This document shows, piece after piece, positions 56,506 through 64,000 of a stretch of DNA of 64,000 nt. Location: the NCBI GenBank assembly GCA_001777655.1, contig MFER01000013.1, positions 2,619 through 66,618 on the forward strand, written 5' to 3'. Below the pieces are notes generated by a model. That model saw only the letters and a list, made by a program, of their open reading frames with translations. It was not told the origin of the DNA and did no database searches. This stretch comes from Candidatus Doudnabacteria bacterium RIFCSPHIGHO2_02_FULL_43_13b. GTDB lineage: Bacteria; Patescibacteriota; Doudnabacteria; UBA920; O2-02-FULL-48-8. How positions within the stretch are numbered: position 1 is the first letter of the stretch; every line of letters begins with the position of its first letter. A program made the position numbers and the translations under genes.

Positions 56506-58425
56506 TTACAAGGTTCTTTTTCTCACCGTTTCTTCAAATATGACTAGGATATCACCCTCTAAAATTTTATTTGATGTTTTTACGCTGCAACCAAATTCCG
56601 AACCTTTGAGTACTTCGTTCGTTTTAATTTTACTTTGCTGCAGTTCCAAAACCAAACCCTTGCCGACAATTTGATCATTTCTTTTAATCTCAAATTCTAC
56701 ACCGTCTTTAATTTTTCCTTCCGCAACGTTACCTCCAATAATCATCTTGTCTTTTTCAGTTCGAAAAATCGCCAAAATTTTAGCCCGACCGAGCTCGGTA
56801 CGAAGAACCTCCGGAGTTAGCATTTCGACGACTTCCAAGGTTAAATCCTCCACTAATTCGTAAATGATATCATAAAGCTGAACAGTCACCGCCTTGCTTT
56901 GGGCTAATTTGGCAGCTTGCACTGACATGCGGGTATGAAAACCAATGACGATTCCATCCGCTGCCGCGGCTCTCAATATGTCATTTTCGTTAATTTCCCC
57001 CACCCCTTCGCTCAAGATATTAATCTTCACTTCTGAATTTTTCAGTTTGGCCAAGGCTTCATTGATGGCTTCTAAGCTTCCCTGGACATCAACTTTGATA
57101 ATTAGATTTAAATCTTTGCCCAAAATATTCAACTGTTTTTTGCCACTAAATTTCTTCGCGCGTTCGGCCCTAACCAAAGCAGTCGCATGAACTTTGGCCT
57201 CATCTAAGGTGGCGTAAGTTTTTAAGATATCGCCAACGTTGGGCACGTCCGACAGCCCGGTAATAGCAACAGCTGCGCCTGGACCTGCAGTTTTTACTTT
57301 CAGCCCTGGCCCGTTGGTTAATGAACGAATTTTTCCGAAAGCCTTGCCAACGGCCACGATGTCTACCAAATTTAAAGTCCCGTTTTGAATCAGCACAGTT
57401 GCGGTTGATCCAATCGTTCTTGACATATGAGATTCGATTACCGTTCCCAGAGTCGATCCTTGCGGGTTGGCTTTCAGATCCAATACCTCAGATTGGAGTA
57501 AAATTAAATCCAAAAGTTCATTCACTCCTTCGCCAGTCAGGGCCGAAATTTTAGCCACCGGCACGCTGCCACCCCATTCTTCAATCAGCACTCCATAGTC
57601 TGACAGTTCTTTTTTGACTCGTTCAATATTCGAATCAGGTTTATCAACCTTATTAATCGCGACAATCAATGGCGTACCCGTAAGCTTGGCTCGATTAATC
57701 ACTTCGATGGTTTGGGGTTTCACTCCGTCATCAGCCGCCACCACCAAGACGATAATATCAGTGACATTCGCGCCACGCGCTCGCATCGCGGAAAAAGCCT
57801 CGTGTCCCGGCGTATCGAGGAAGGTAATCAATTTCCCATTGCGATTAACCTGGTAAGCTCCCACGTGTTGAGTAATTCTCCCGGCCTCCGTGTCTACCAC
57901 TTTGGTTTTTCGAATAGTATCCAACAGGGTAGTTTTGCCATGATCGACATGACCCATCACGGCTACGATTGGCGGACGAGGAACAAACTGATCTGCTTTT
58001 TCTGACAATTCTTTCTTTATCTCTTCCACTACGTAACCTAAGCCCAACCGGGCGGTTGGAGCAACTTTTTCTGAAACGGTAAAACCTAAATCAGCGGCCA
58101 CGATAGCCGCTGTATCATAATCAATCTCCTCATTAATTGAGGCCATAACCCCGCTTTGAATCAATTTTTTAATAACCACTGAAATCTCTAAATTTAAAAT
58201 CTGGGCCAATTCTTTGACTGACATGACTTTCGGCAAAACCACTTCTTTTGGTTCTGTGCTTGGTTTGATTTCCACCCGCTGGTTGAGCGCGTTTAAAATC
58301 TGTTTGGCCAAAAGGTTATCGATCTTGTTGGCTTTAGGCGATACATGGAAACCCGCTTCGCGGATTTTGTAACGAAGCTGGGTGACTGGCATATTCAGTT
58401 GTTTTGAGAGTGTCGATATATCCAT
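56506..58425 (-). CDS. infB: translation initiation factor IF-2
   Basis: [20 protein letters not shown]. Confidence 0.97.
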   Translation of the reverse strand: MDISTLSKQLNMPVTQLRYKIREAGFHVSPKANKIDNLLAKQILNALNQRVEIKPSTEPKEVVLPKVMSVKELAQILNLEISVVIKKLIQSGVMASINEEIDYDTAAIVAADLGFTVSEKVAPTARLGLGYVVEEIKKELSEKADQFVPRPPIVAVMGHVDHGKTTLLDTIRKTKVVDTEAGRITQHVGAYQVNRNGKLITFLDTPGHEAFSAMRARGANVTDIIVLVVAADDGVKPQTIEVINRAKLTGTPLIVAINKVDKPDSNIERVKKELSDYGVLIEEWGGSVPVAKISALTGEGVNELLDLILLQSEVLDLKANPQGSTLGTVIESHMSRTIGSTATVLIQNGTLNLVDIVAVGKAFGKIRSLTNGPGLKVKTAGPGAAVAITGLSDVPNVGDILKTYATLDEAKVHATALVRAERAKKFSGKKQLNILGKDLNLIIKVDVQGSLEAINEALAKLKNSEVKINILSEGVGEINENDILRAAAADGIVIGFHTRMSVQAAKLAQSKAVTVQLYDIIYELVEDLTLEVVEMLTPEVLRTELGRAKILAIFRTEKDKMIIGGNVAEGKIKDGVEFEIKRNDQIVGKGLVLELQQSKIKTNEVLKGSEFGCSVKTSNKILEGDILVIFEETVRKRTL

Positions 58426-58461
58426 GGAATCAAACTATTATGGCAAAAAACTTAATAAAGA

Positions 58462-59235
58462 TCAAGCCTTTTTCTTTTTATCTTCTTCTGATTGTTCCCA
58501 CATATACCAAAACCAAGTGCGATAACTTTCGGCAAGATCCTTGCTATGTAAAATAAAAAATACAGTATTTTCATTAATTCGACCAATCACACCTAACCCA
58601 GTATAAGTAATCACATAATCACCAAAGATCCCAACCCCGGAAGAAGTTGAATATTTCTTAGGCAGAAAACGATATTTTAAATCGCCTGGAAAATAATGAG
58701 GAAAATCCGGCATTTGCTCTTTTACCTCATAATCAAATAGTTGAATAAATTTGATTTTCTTTCGATTGGCTTCGCGGAAAAAAACGTCCCGGGCCGTTTT
58801 ATCAAGTCTGGGATCAAACCACCCGCCTTTAGCCCCAATAAAGTAACTATCTTTGCCAACCCGTAAAATATCGCGCCAAACATTTTTTTGGCCTTCTAAC
58901 CCGCGATAAATATAAGCTTCTTCGGTAGCGGTTCCTTTACGAAACTTTTTTTGCAGTTCAGGCAAAATTAATTGTAATTTTTCTTGTTTTTCCGCCACCA
59001 ATTCGGACAGTTTACCAGGATCCACTGCGCTGAATAAATTCCCAGCATTAGAAAAAATCTCGAAACACAAACCTTTTTCAATTAGCCGCTGGATCGAATC
59101 ATAAACATTCCGGCGGTGAACTTTAGCAGCAACCGCAATGTCGCCGATCGTGGATTCCCCGGCGCCGACTAAAGTTTCATAAATTTTGGCTTCGTTTGGA
59201 CTTAAACCCAAAGACTGGAGGGTTTCTTGATACAT
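58462..59235 (-). CDS. TrmB-family transcriptional regulator
   Basis: LGLSPNEAKIY..L, HTH, L.EKGL. Confidence 0.85.
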   Translation of the reverse strand: MYQETLQSLGLSPNEAKIYETLVGAGESTIGDIAVAAKVHRRNVYDSIQRLIEKGLCFEIFSNAGNLFSAVDPGKLSELVAEKQEKLQLILPELQKKFRKGTATEEAYIYRGLEGQKNVWRDILRVGKDSYFIGAKGGWFDPRLDKTARDVFFREANRKKIKFIQLFDYEVKEQMPDFPHYFPGDLKYRFLPKKYSTSSGVGIFGDYVITYTGLGVIGRINENTVFFILHSKDLAESYRTWFWYMWEQSEEDKKKKA

Positions 59236-59369
59236 AAATTTGTGGTGGCATTTATCACCTTTTGGTGCTATTGGCCACTCAATCTATATAATATATGCTT
59301 CCCGGTTAATAGTCAACACTATTAGCTAGCGGCCAATTCAGGCCCTAATGTTTCCAAATGGAGGAAACT

Positions 59370-59960
59370 ATGAAAAACCTGATTCTCGCCGCTTGCCTGC
59401 TCGTCCTCCTCCCCTCTCTGGCCGCGGGCCAGACGCCGAATGACTACCAGTTCCGGCCCCTCATGCACTGGCAGATTGCGGATGCCAATGGCCAAGGTCT
59501 CGCCGGCTGGGTAATTCTTCCTGATGTGACCCAAACCAGGCCGCTCCGCGGACTTCTCGTTGGCGGTTGGTTAATCAAAGATGATCAAGGCTGGAAGGAA
59601 GCGATGTTCGGCGGCCTGTTTGGCACCGACGGCTCCATCATCCCTGTGGTCAACTTTCGCGCCTACTCGAAAGTCAAATGGACCGACCTCTACACCGAGT
59701 TTCAAATTCGGCCAACTCTCGCTCTAGGAAGCGTGTTTCTCACAGTCCCCATCAAATCCTCTTGGGGACTGCGCGCGGGAGTTGAATTTGAAACCATCGC
59801 CGGCTTTACCGGCCAAATAAAGAGTGCGGCTGGTATCGGCCCTCGAGTGAGTCTCAAACTACCGGGTTTGCCAAACGTAACCGTGGCCACGACTTGCTTC
59901 TTCAATATCCGAAGCAACATCGTGGTGCGAACCTACGTGGTCTACAAGCCCGGGAAGTAG
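59370..59960 (+). CDS. GC-rich exported beta-rich orphan protein
   Basis: Signal peptide, alternating amphipathic strands, GGAGG SD. Confidence 0.7.
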   Translation: MKNLILAACLLVLLPSLAAGQTPNDYQFRPLMHWQIADANGQGLAGWVILPDVTQTRPLRGLLVGGWLIKDDQGWKEAMFGGLFGTDGSIIPVVNFRAYSKVKWTDLYTEFQIRPTLALGSVFLTVPIKSSWGLRAGVEFETIAGFTGQIKSAAGIGPRVSLKLPGLPNVTVATTCFFNIRSNIVVRTYVVYKPGK

Positions 59961-59963
59961 AAC

Positions 59964-59997
59964 AAAAAAAGCAGGTCCTGCAATAGGGCCTGCTTTT
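59964..59997. terminator. bidirectional terminator
   Basis: AAAAGCAGG...CCTGCTTTT between convergent genes. Confidence 0.7.
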
Positions 59998-60027
59998 CTC
60001 GTTTTGAGTTTTGTTTTATTTCTAGGT

Positions 60028-60510
60028 TTAGACGCGGGTGCCAACTTTCACTTTCTTGGCTTTCGCTTTGGCGGCTTTCGGCAAAATCACGGTTAAGATG
60101 CCATCTTTGAGGTCAGCTGAAACTTGTTCAATATCCACATCCACTGGCAAGACGACCGATCGGCTGAAACTGCCCCAATAACATTCTTGATAAAAATAAT
60201 CTTCGCTCGATGCCTCAAAATCCCGCTTGCGCTCGCCGCGGATTGTCACCATATCATTGGCAATCGTCACGTCAATATCCTCAGGACGGACGCCGGCAAT
60301 CGTGGATTTAATAATCACATTATCTTTGGTTTGAAACATGTCGATAGTTAACTGTCCTTCGTATTCCGAAAGCCAGTCCTCAGAAGAAGCCGTAGGGGCT
60401 TGATCTTTTTCTTCAGCCTCGTCGCTAATTGCTCCCAATTCCGCGTCGTCATCTTCGGTTATGGTCTGGGTCCCCATCAATTTGTTTATGAGATTCTTAT
60501 CTTTTGGCAT
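60028..60510 (-). CDS. Hsp20/alpha-crystallin small heat shock protein
   Basis: GSFSRSVVLP..V....A.LKDGILTV.LPK. Confidence 0.92.
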   Translation of the reverse strand: MPKDKNLINKLMGTQTITEDDDAELGAISDEAEEKDQAPTASSEDWLSEYEGQLTIDMFQTKDNVIIKSTIAGVRPEDIDVTIANDMVTIRGERKRDFEASSEDYFYQECYWGSFSRSVVLPVDVDIEQVSADLKDGILTVILPKAAKAKAKKVKVGTRV

Positions 60511-60511
60511 A

Positions 60512-60602
60512 TCGGGTAGTAGAAATTTGATTAAAGCTTAGGTTATGCCGGGTTTTTTAATCTGTTCGCTACGCGAACAGATATCAAATTTTCACTACCC
60601 GA
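60512..60602. mobile_element. start-codon inverted-repeat element (hsp20 copy)
   Basis: TCGGGTAGT...ACTACCCGA; CATA at 60508-11 and 60603-06; GCGTAGC-capped hairpin. Confidence 0.7.
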
Positions 60603-60626
60603 CATAGCTTGATATTAGAAAAACTA

Positions 60627-61790
60627 TTAAGACTTGTCAAATTGACTAGTGATTATCTGATTAATCGCGAATTTGACCCTCCTGCCTGCCTCTTTGGTAT
60701 CGATAACCTCGACTAAATTAGAATTTTTTTGAAGCTGCTTACGAAACTGGGCAGTCAACAATTCTTCCACGGCCGCCCGGATAACCCACGCGGGGTTGAT
60801 CCGTCGACTCGCCACCGGCATGATCAGATTCCGCTTGGTCAGATATTCAATATTAAGATCTTCCTGGCCTGGCAACCAATGAGTAATCAAAATTGGCAAC
60901 TCGTAACTTAGGGATTCAGCCACGGACAAACCCCCGGGTTTAGTAATAAATATATCCGCAATTGCATACAACTCCGGCATCGTTTGGTAAAAAGGAAAAA
61001 TTATAACATTGGGTAACCGGAAGGATTTTAGTTCCTCGTATAATTGCTTATTTTTCCCGCAAACAATAATTATCTGACCCTTTGCTTGCTTCTGCGTCAA
61101 TTCATTCAGAACCCCCTTTGCCAAAAATACTAAGGAATTAGCGTTAATCCCCGTGCCCATGGAGCCACTGGCCATCAAAATTACTTTCACCCCTCGATCG
61201 ATCCGCAACCGATCTTTAATTTCAAACTGATCCGCTGGGGGTTTTGGTTTCAAGGTCATCCCACAAATAAAAATCTTGGATCCGTCAATCCCTAAGGCCA
61301 TCATTTGGGTTTTTTGTTCAGCAATGTTGACCAAATAAAAATCCGCTTGATCATACAACCAAAACTTATGCATATGAAAGTCGCTAAACGCGATCCCAAA
61401 TAACTTTTGATACTGTTTTCTTTTCTTAATCAAAGCCGCTGCGGCTGAGGCGACGGTTTGAGTGGTGATAATAATATCAGGATTAAAACTTTGAATTAAG
61501 TTAAGCGCCCGAGCCGGGTGTTTCAACGCAGCCAACGGCAGCCGCAATCCTCTTAAAACGTGGAGGAGTGGGGTCTGATACAAAAAATTCCAGACCCAGG
61601 GAAGTTTATCGATAACAAAAGTATAAAGTCGTTCATTGAATTTTACAAACCAACCGGCCTCAACTTCCAAAATATTTTCAAGTTTAACCTCAAAACCCAA
61701 TTGCGCAAAATAGAACCCAATATTCTCGGCAATACTTTTGTGTCCCTGACCGACCGCTGTATAAAAAATCAATACTTTAGTTTTTGGCAT
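60627..61790 (-). CDS. MGDG-synthase/UgtP-like glycosyltransferase (GT28)
   Basis: G.GH..IA, CGKN..L, ITKPGGLS..E, PGQE..N. Confidence 0.88.
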   Translation of the reverse strand: MPKTKVLIFYTAVGQGHKSIAENIGFYFAQLGFEVKLENILEVEAGWFVKFNERLYTFVIDKLPWVWNFLYQTPLLHVLRGLRLPLAALKHPARALNLIQSFNPDIIITTQTVASAAAALIKKRKQYQKLFGIAFSDFHMHKFWLYDQADFYLVNIAEQKTQMMALGIDGSKIFICGMTLKPKPPADQFEIKDRLRIDRGVKVILMASGSMGTGINANSLVFLAKGVLNELTQKQAKGQIIIVCGKNKQLYEELKSFRLPNVIIFPFYQTMPELYAIADIFITKPGGLSVAESLSYELPILITHWLPGQEDLNIEYLTKRNLIMPVASRRINPAWVIRAAVEELLTAQFRKQLQKNSNLVEVIDTKEAGRRVKFAINQIITSQFDKS

Positions 61791-61811
61791 TTATCCCCAC
61801 ACCAAACGAGT

Positions 61812-62015
61812 TTAGGAAGAAATTGACTTCTTAATTCGTCTGATTAATTGTTGCTTAGCTCTTGCGCGAAGTTTTAGATTATGTTCGCGATGTCTTGCTT
61901 CTTCTTCTGAGGCATACGCCTCGTAATAAACAAGTTTTAACGGTATCCGATTTTTAGTCGAAAAAACTTGGCCTAGATTGTGTTTTTTAAAACGATCTCT
62001 TAAATCTTTAGTCGA
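61812..62015 (-). pseudogene. N-terminally truncated GIY-YIG nuclease
   Basis: STKDL..R...HN.G..STK.R.P.KLVYYEAY.....A..RE; GIY/YIG motifs missing. Confidence 0.7.
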
Positions 62016-62616
62016 TCTTGGCGACCACTCTCGCCAGAGCTGAATCTCCATCAAACTTTAAAGGCAGAGCCATGACTTCAAACTTTTTATTTAATAACTG
62101 TTCTAGGTTGGTGAGATTTTCTAAAATTAAAATTTCTTGGCTTAATAGTATCTTATGGACAGCAAAAGGTGGTCGATCAGGGGTTGGAGTATCTGTCCCC
62201 ACCATTTTCACTTGCAACTGCACTAATTTTTGGGCAAAATCTTCGGTCAACTCGGGATATTTCTCATAATAGTCCGCATCATAAAATTTTGATCCAAACC
62301 CGGTTAAAACCAAAACGATGTCGCCTGCTTCGACGCCGGTAATTAAATCAGGAGTGATTTTATCTCTCCCTCGCGCATCGATGATTTTTCCTGAGCCAAC
62401 AAATCTTTCCGGATTTATTTCCGAGATCTTCTGCCCCTTGGTGGTCATATGCAAAGGGCCGTCCATATGAGTACCGATATGCATGCCGGTTTTAACTTCA
62501 TAATCCGACCACCCTTGTTTGGCGATGGTAGCGACTTGTTTGATTTCCGGTTTCGAATCGCCAGGGTAAACTGGCATATCGGCACTAAACGTATGAGTCA
62601 GATCAATAATTTCCAT
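62008..62616 (-). CDS. cyclase family (kynurenine formamidase-like) protein
   Basis: DLTH, PVYPGD, H.GTH.D.P.H, ENL.NL. Confidence 0.88.
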   Translation of the reverse strand: MEIIDLTHTFSADMPVYPGDSKPEIKQVATIAKQGWSDYEVKTGMHIGTHMDGPLHMTTKGQKISEINPERFVGSGKIIDARGRDKITPDLITGVEAGDIVLVLTGFGSKFYDADYYEKYPELTEDFAQKLVQLQVKMVGTDTPTPDRPPFAVHKILLSQEILILENLTNLEQLLNKKFEVMALPLKFDGDSALARVVAKID

Positions 62617-62717
62617 AAAATTACCACCAATCAACTAATTTAGTAAACCGAACATAAAATCCGGCACATGGAGCTCAAGAATTAAATTATTTGATGGTTT
62701 ATCCATAAAATTCCAAC

Positions 62718-62807
62718 TGGCGGTGGGTGCAGGACTCGAACCTGCAAGTCCCCGAAGGGACGCTGGTTTTCGAAACCAGTGCCTTAGCCAATTCGGCACA
62801 ACCCACC
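62718..62807 (-). tRNA. tRNA-Ser(CGA)
   Basis: Long variable arm; CTGGT-TTCGAAA-ACCAG; GCCA end. Confidence 0.9.
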
Positions 62808-62864
62808 TAAACTGACGGAGCGACCTCTCCTCTAAGATATTGTTCCACAAAACCGAAAGTTCGT

Positions 62865-63287
62865 CTATACACGGGACTGGGACCAAACTTCAACTTCAAT
62901 CTCCTTAACTTTCTTCAGACTCGAATCATTCGTGATAAATTTTTCAGCACCAAAATCGATGGCCGTAGCCAGATGGATGGCATCGGGAATTTTAATCAAA
63001 TATTTAGCGCTCAAATCAGAAGCAATTTCGATAATCGAATTATTAAGTCCGGCGATGGTCAAATTTGGAAAATGTGCAAAAACCTCCCGATATTGCGCGA
63101 CCAAATCCAAGCGTCTCTGTTTTTTTACCCCAGTTAAAATTTCTATTACCCCGACACTCGAAAAAACAGCTGGCAATAAACCATTTCGAATCGCTAGCAA
63201 AATTTCTTCCACGCGGTCCGCATACTCTGGATTGTTTTCGAAATAATAGATAAGAATCTGGGTATCTAAACCGACTTTTTGTCCCAT
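62865..63287 (-). CDS. VapC-like PIN toxin
   Basis: LDT..LIY, E, PDAIHLATA, ITND. Confidence 0.9.
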   Translation of the reverse strand: MGQKVGLDTQILIYYFENNPEYADRVEEILLAIRNGLLPAVFSSVGVIEILTGVKKQRRLDLVAQYREVFAHFPNLTIAGLNNSIIEIASDLSAKYLIKIPDAIHLATAIDFGAEKFITNDSSLKKVKEIEVEVWSQSRV

Positions 63288-63517
63288 GATGCGCGTTCTT
63301 CTTTAATGTATTTATCAGCGCCGCCCAACGCATCCCAAACTTCTTTGCCTAAGCCCCGTAATGACTTAACATAATCTTCTGATTGCGTGGTCAATATCGC
63401 ATGAGTTTCATCCATCGGATATAGAAGAATCTTGCTTCCGGATTTCAAATTCAATCTCTCCCGAACATCTTTTGGAACCACGATTTGATTTTTGCTCGAT
63501 AACGTTGTTTTTGACAT
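63266..63517 (-). CDS. AbrB/MazE-type antitoxin
   Basis: SSKNQIVVPK.VRE.L.L..G. Confidence 0.9.
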   Translation of the reverse strand: MSKTTLSSKNQIVVPKDVRERLNLKSGSKILLYPMDETHAILTTQSEDYVKSLRGLGKEVWDALGGADKYIKEERASWDKKSV

Positions 63518-63545
63518 AGTTTTACTTTTAATTATATTCCTTTAC

Positions 63546-63574
63546 ATTTTACCTTAAGGTAAAGGGGATGTCAA
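63546..63574 (-). promoter_or_regulatory. TA operon promoter with operator palindrome
   Basis: TTGACA-17-TAAAAT; TTTACCTTAAGGTAAA palindrome over spacer/-10. Confidence 0.75.
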
Positions 63575-63602
63575 CCCCGTTAGAGGTTAACCTCTAACGG
63601 GG
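63575..63602. mobile_element. 28-bp perfect palindrome, CCCGTTAGA family
   Basis: CCCCGTTAGAGGTTAACCTCTAACGGGG flanked by TCAA on both sides. Confidence 0.72.
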
Positions 63603-64000
63603 TCAAGCACCCTTGAATGAAAGCAAAACTTTTCCTATGCACAGGCAAGACGCCAAACTTGAGAATTGCCATTTTATGTTGCTTCGTCGGATAGCCTTTG
63701 TGTTTCATAAATCCGTACTGCGGGTATTTTTCATCAAGTTCCGATAAAATTTCATCTCGCGCCACCTTGGCCATGATCGACGCGGCCGCGATGGATAAAA
63801 CTTTCGCATCGCCATTAATAATCGCCTGCTGTGGAACGTCCAAGTTTTGAATCTTAAACCGGCCGTCGAGCAATAAAAAATCTGGTTTCACTTTCAAACC
63901 ATCCACGGATTTTTTCATAGCTAGCAATGAAGCTTGATGAATATTAATTCGATCAATCGTTCCATGTGTTACTATTCCCACTCCAAAGTCTAGACAATGC
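63580..64000 (-). CDS. rnhB: ribonuclease HII (5' end outside window)
   Basis: ID.INI..A, LLDG, GDA...SIAAASI.AKV.RD, KHKGYPT..H, HRKSF. Confidence 0.93.
   Translation of the reverse strand, partial: HCLDFGVGIVTHGTIDRINIHQASLLAMKKSVDGLKVKPDFLLLDGRFKIQNLDVPQQAIINGDAKVLSIAAASIMAKVARDEILSELDEKYPQYGFMKHKGYPTKQHKMAILKFGVLPVHRKSFAFIQGCLTPLEVNL

Noticed and set aside
62635-62886. 83-aa ORF
   Set aside because: Overlaps tRNA-Ser; only the last 23 codons (MDKP...ELHVPDF) might be a gene remnant, too short to call.
1-64000. Alternative genetic code (UGA=Gly as in Gracilibacteria/SR1)
   Set aside because: Conserved genes are full length in the standard code, and several (e.g. ymdB, dedA) end in TGA.

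Overview
This is chromosomal DNA from what is most likely a Patescibacteria/CPR (Parcubacteria-type) bacterium, inferred from the compact housekeeping genes, the VirB2/TrbC-like pilin array and tRNA-Ile(UAU); genes read normally in the standard code. The backbone, mostly on the minus strand, carries rny, rplS, trmD, rpsP, smc, rnc, ftsH, galU, lexA, recA, ftsK, rbfA, infB, rnhB, four tRNAs and three toxin-antitoxin pairs. There are two large accessory blocks. The first is a GC-rich island (about 18.3-27.7 kb) with a PP2C-vWA-FHA-like-Ser/Thr kinase cluster and orphan genes. The second is an 11.7-kb element inserted by a large serine recombinase into comM (34577-46258); it carries an R-M system, a Shedu-like nuclease and a tyrosine recombinase, and its attP can be rebuilt exactly. 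The most striking unexplained signal is a set of short inverted-repeat elements flanked by 4-bp direct repeats. They sit exactly on start codons (rny, rpsP, ftsK, hsp20, a methyltransferase) or on TTGACA -35 boxes. One copy encloses a GIY-YIG nuclease gene, and an ORF-less copy with the same ends lies about 49 kb away, which suggests an undescribed mobile or regulatory element system. Also notable are a paralog pair whose homologous promoters have poly-G spacers (G4 vs G9) and a promoter-to-terminator ORF-free structured region of about 460 nt that may be an ncRNA. All calls were made by eye; no searches were run.
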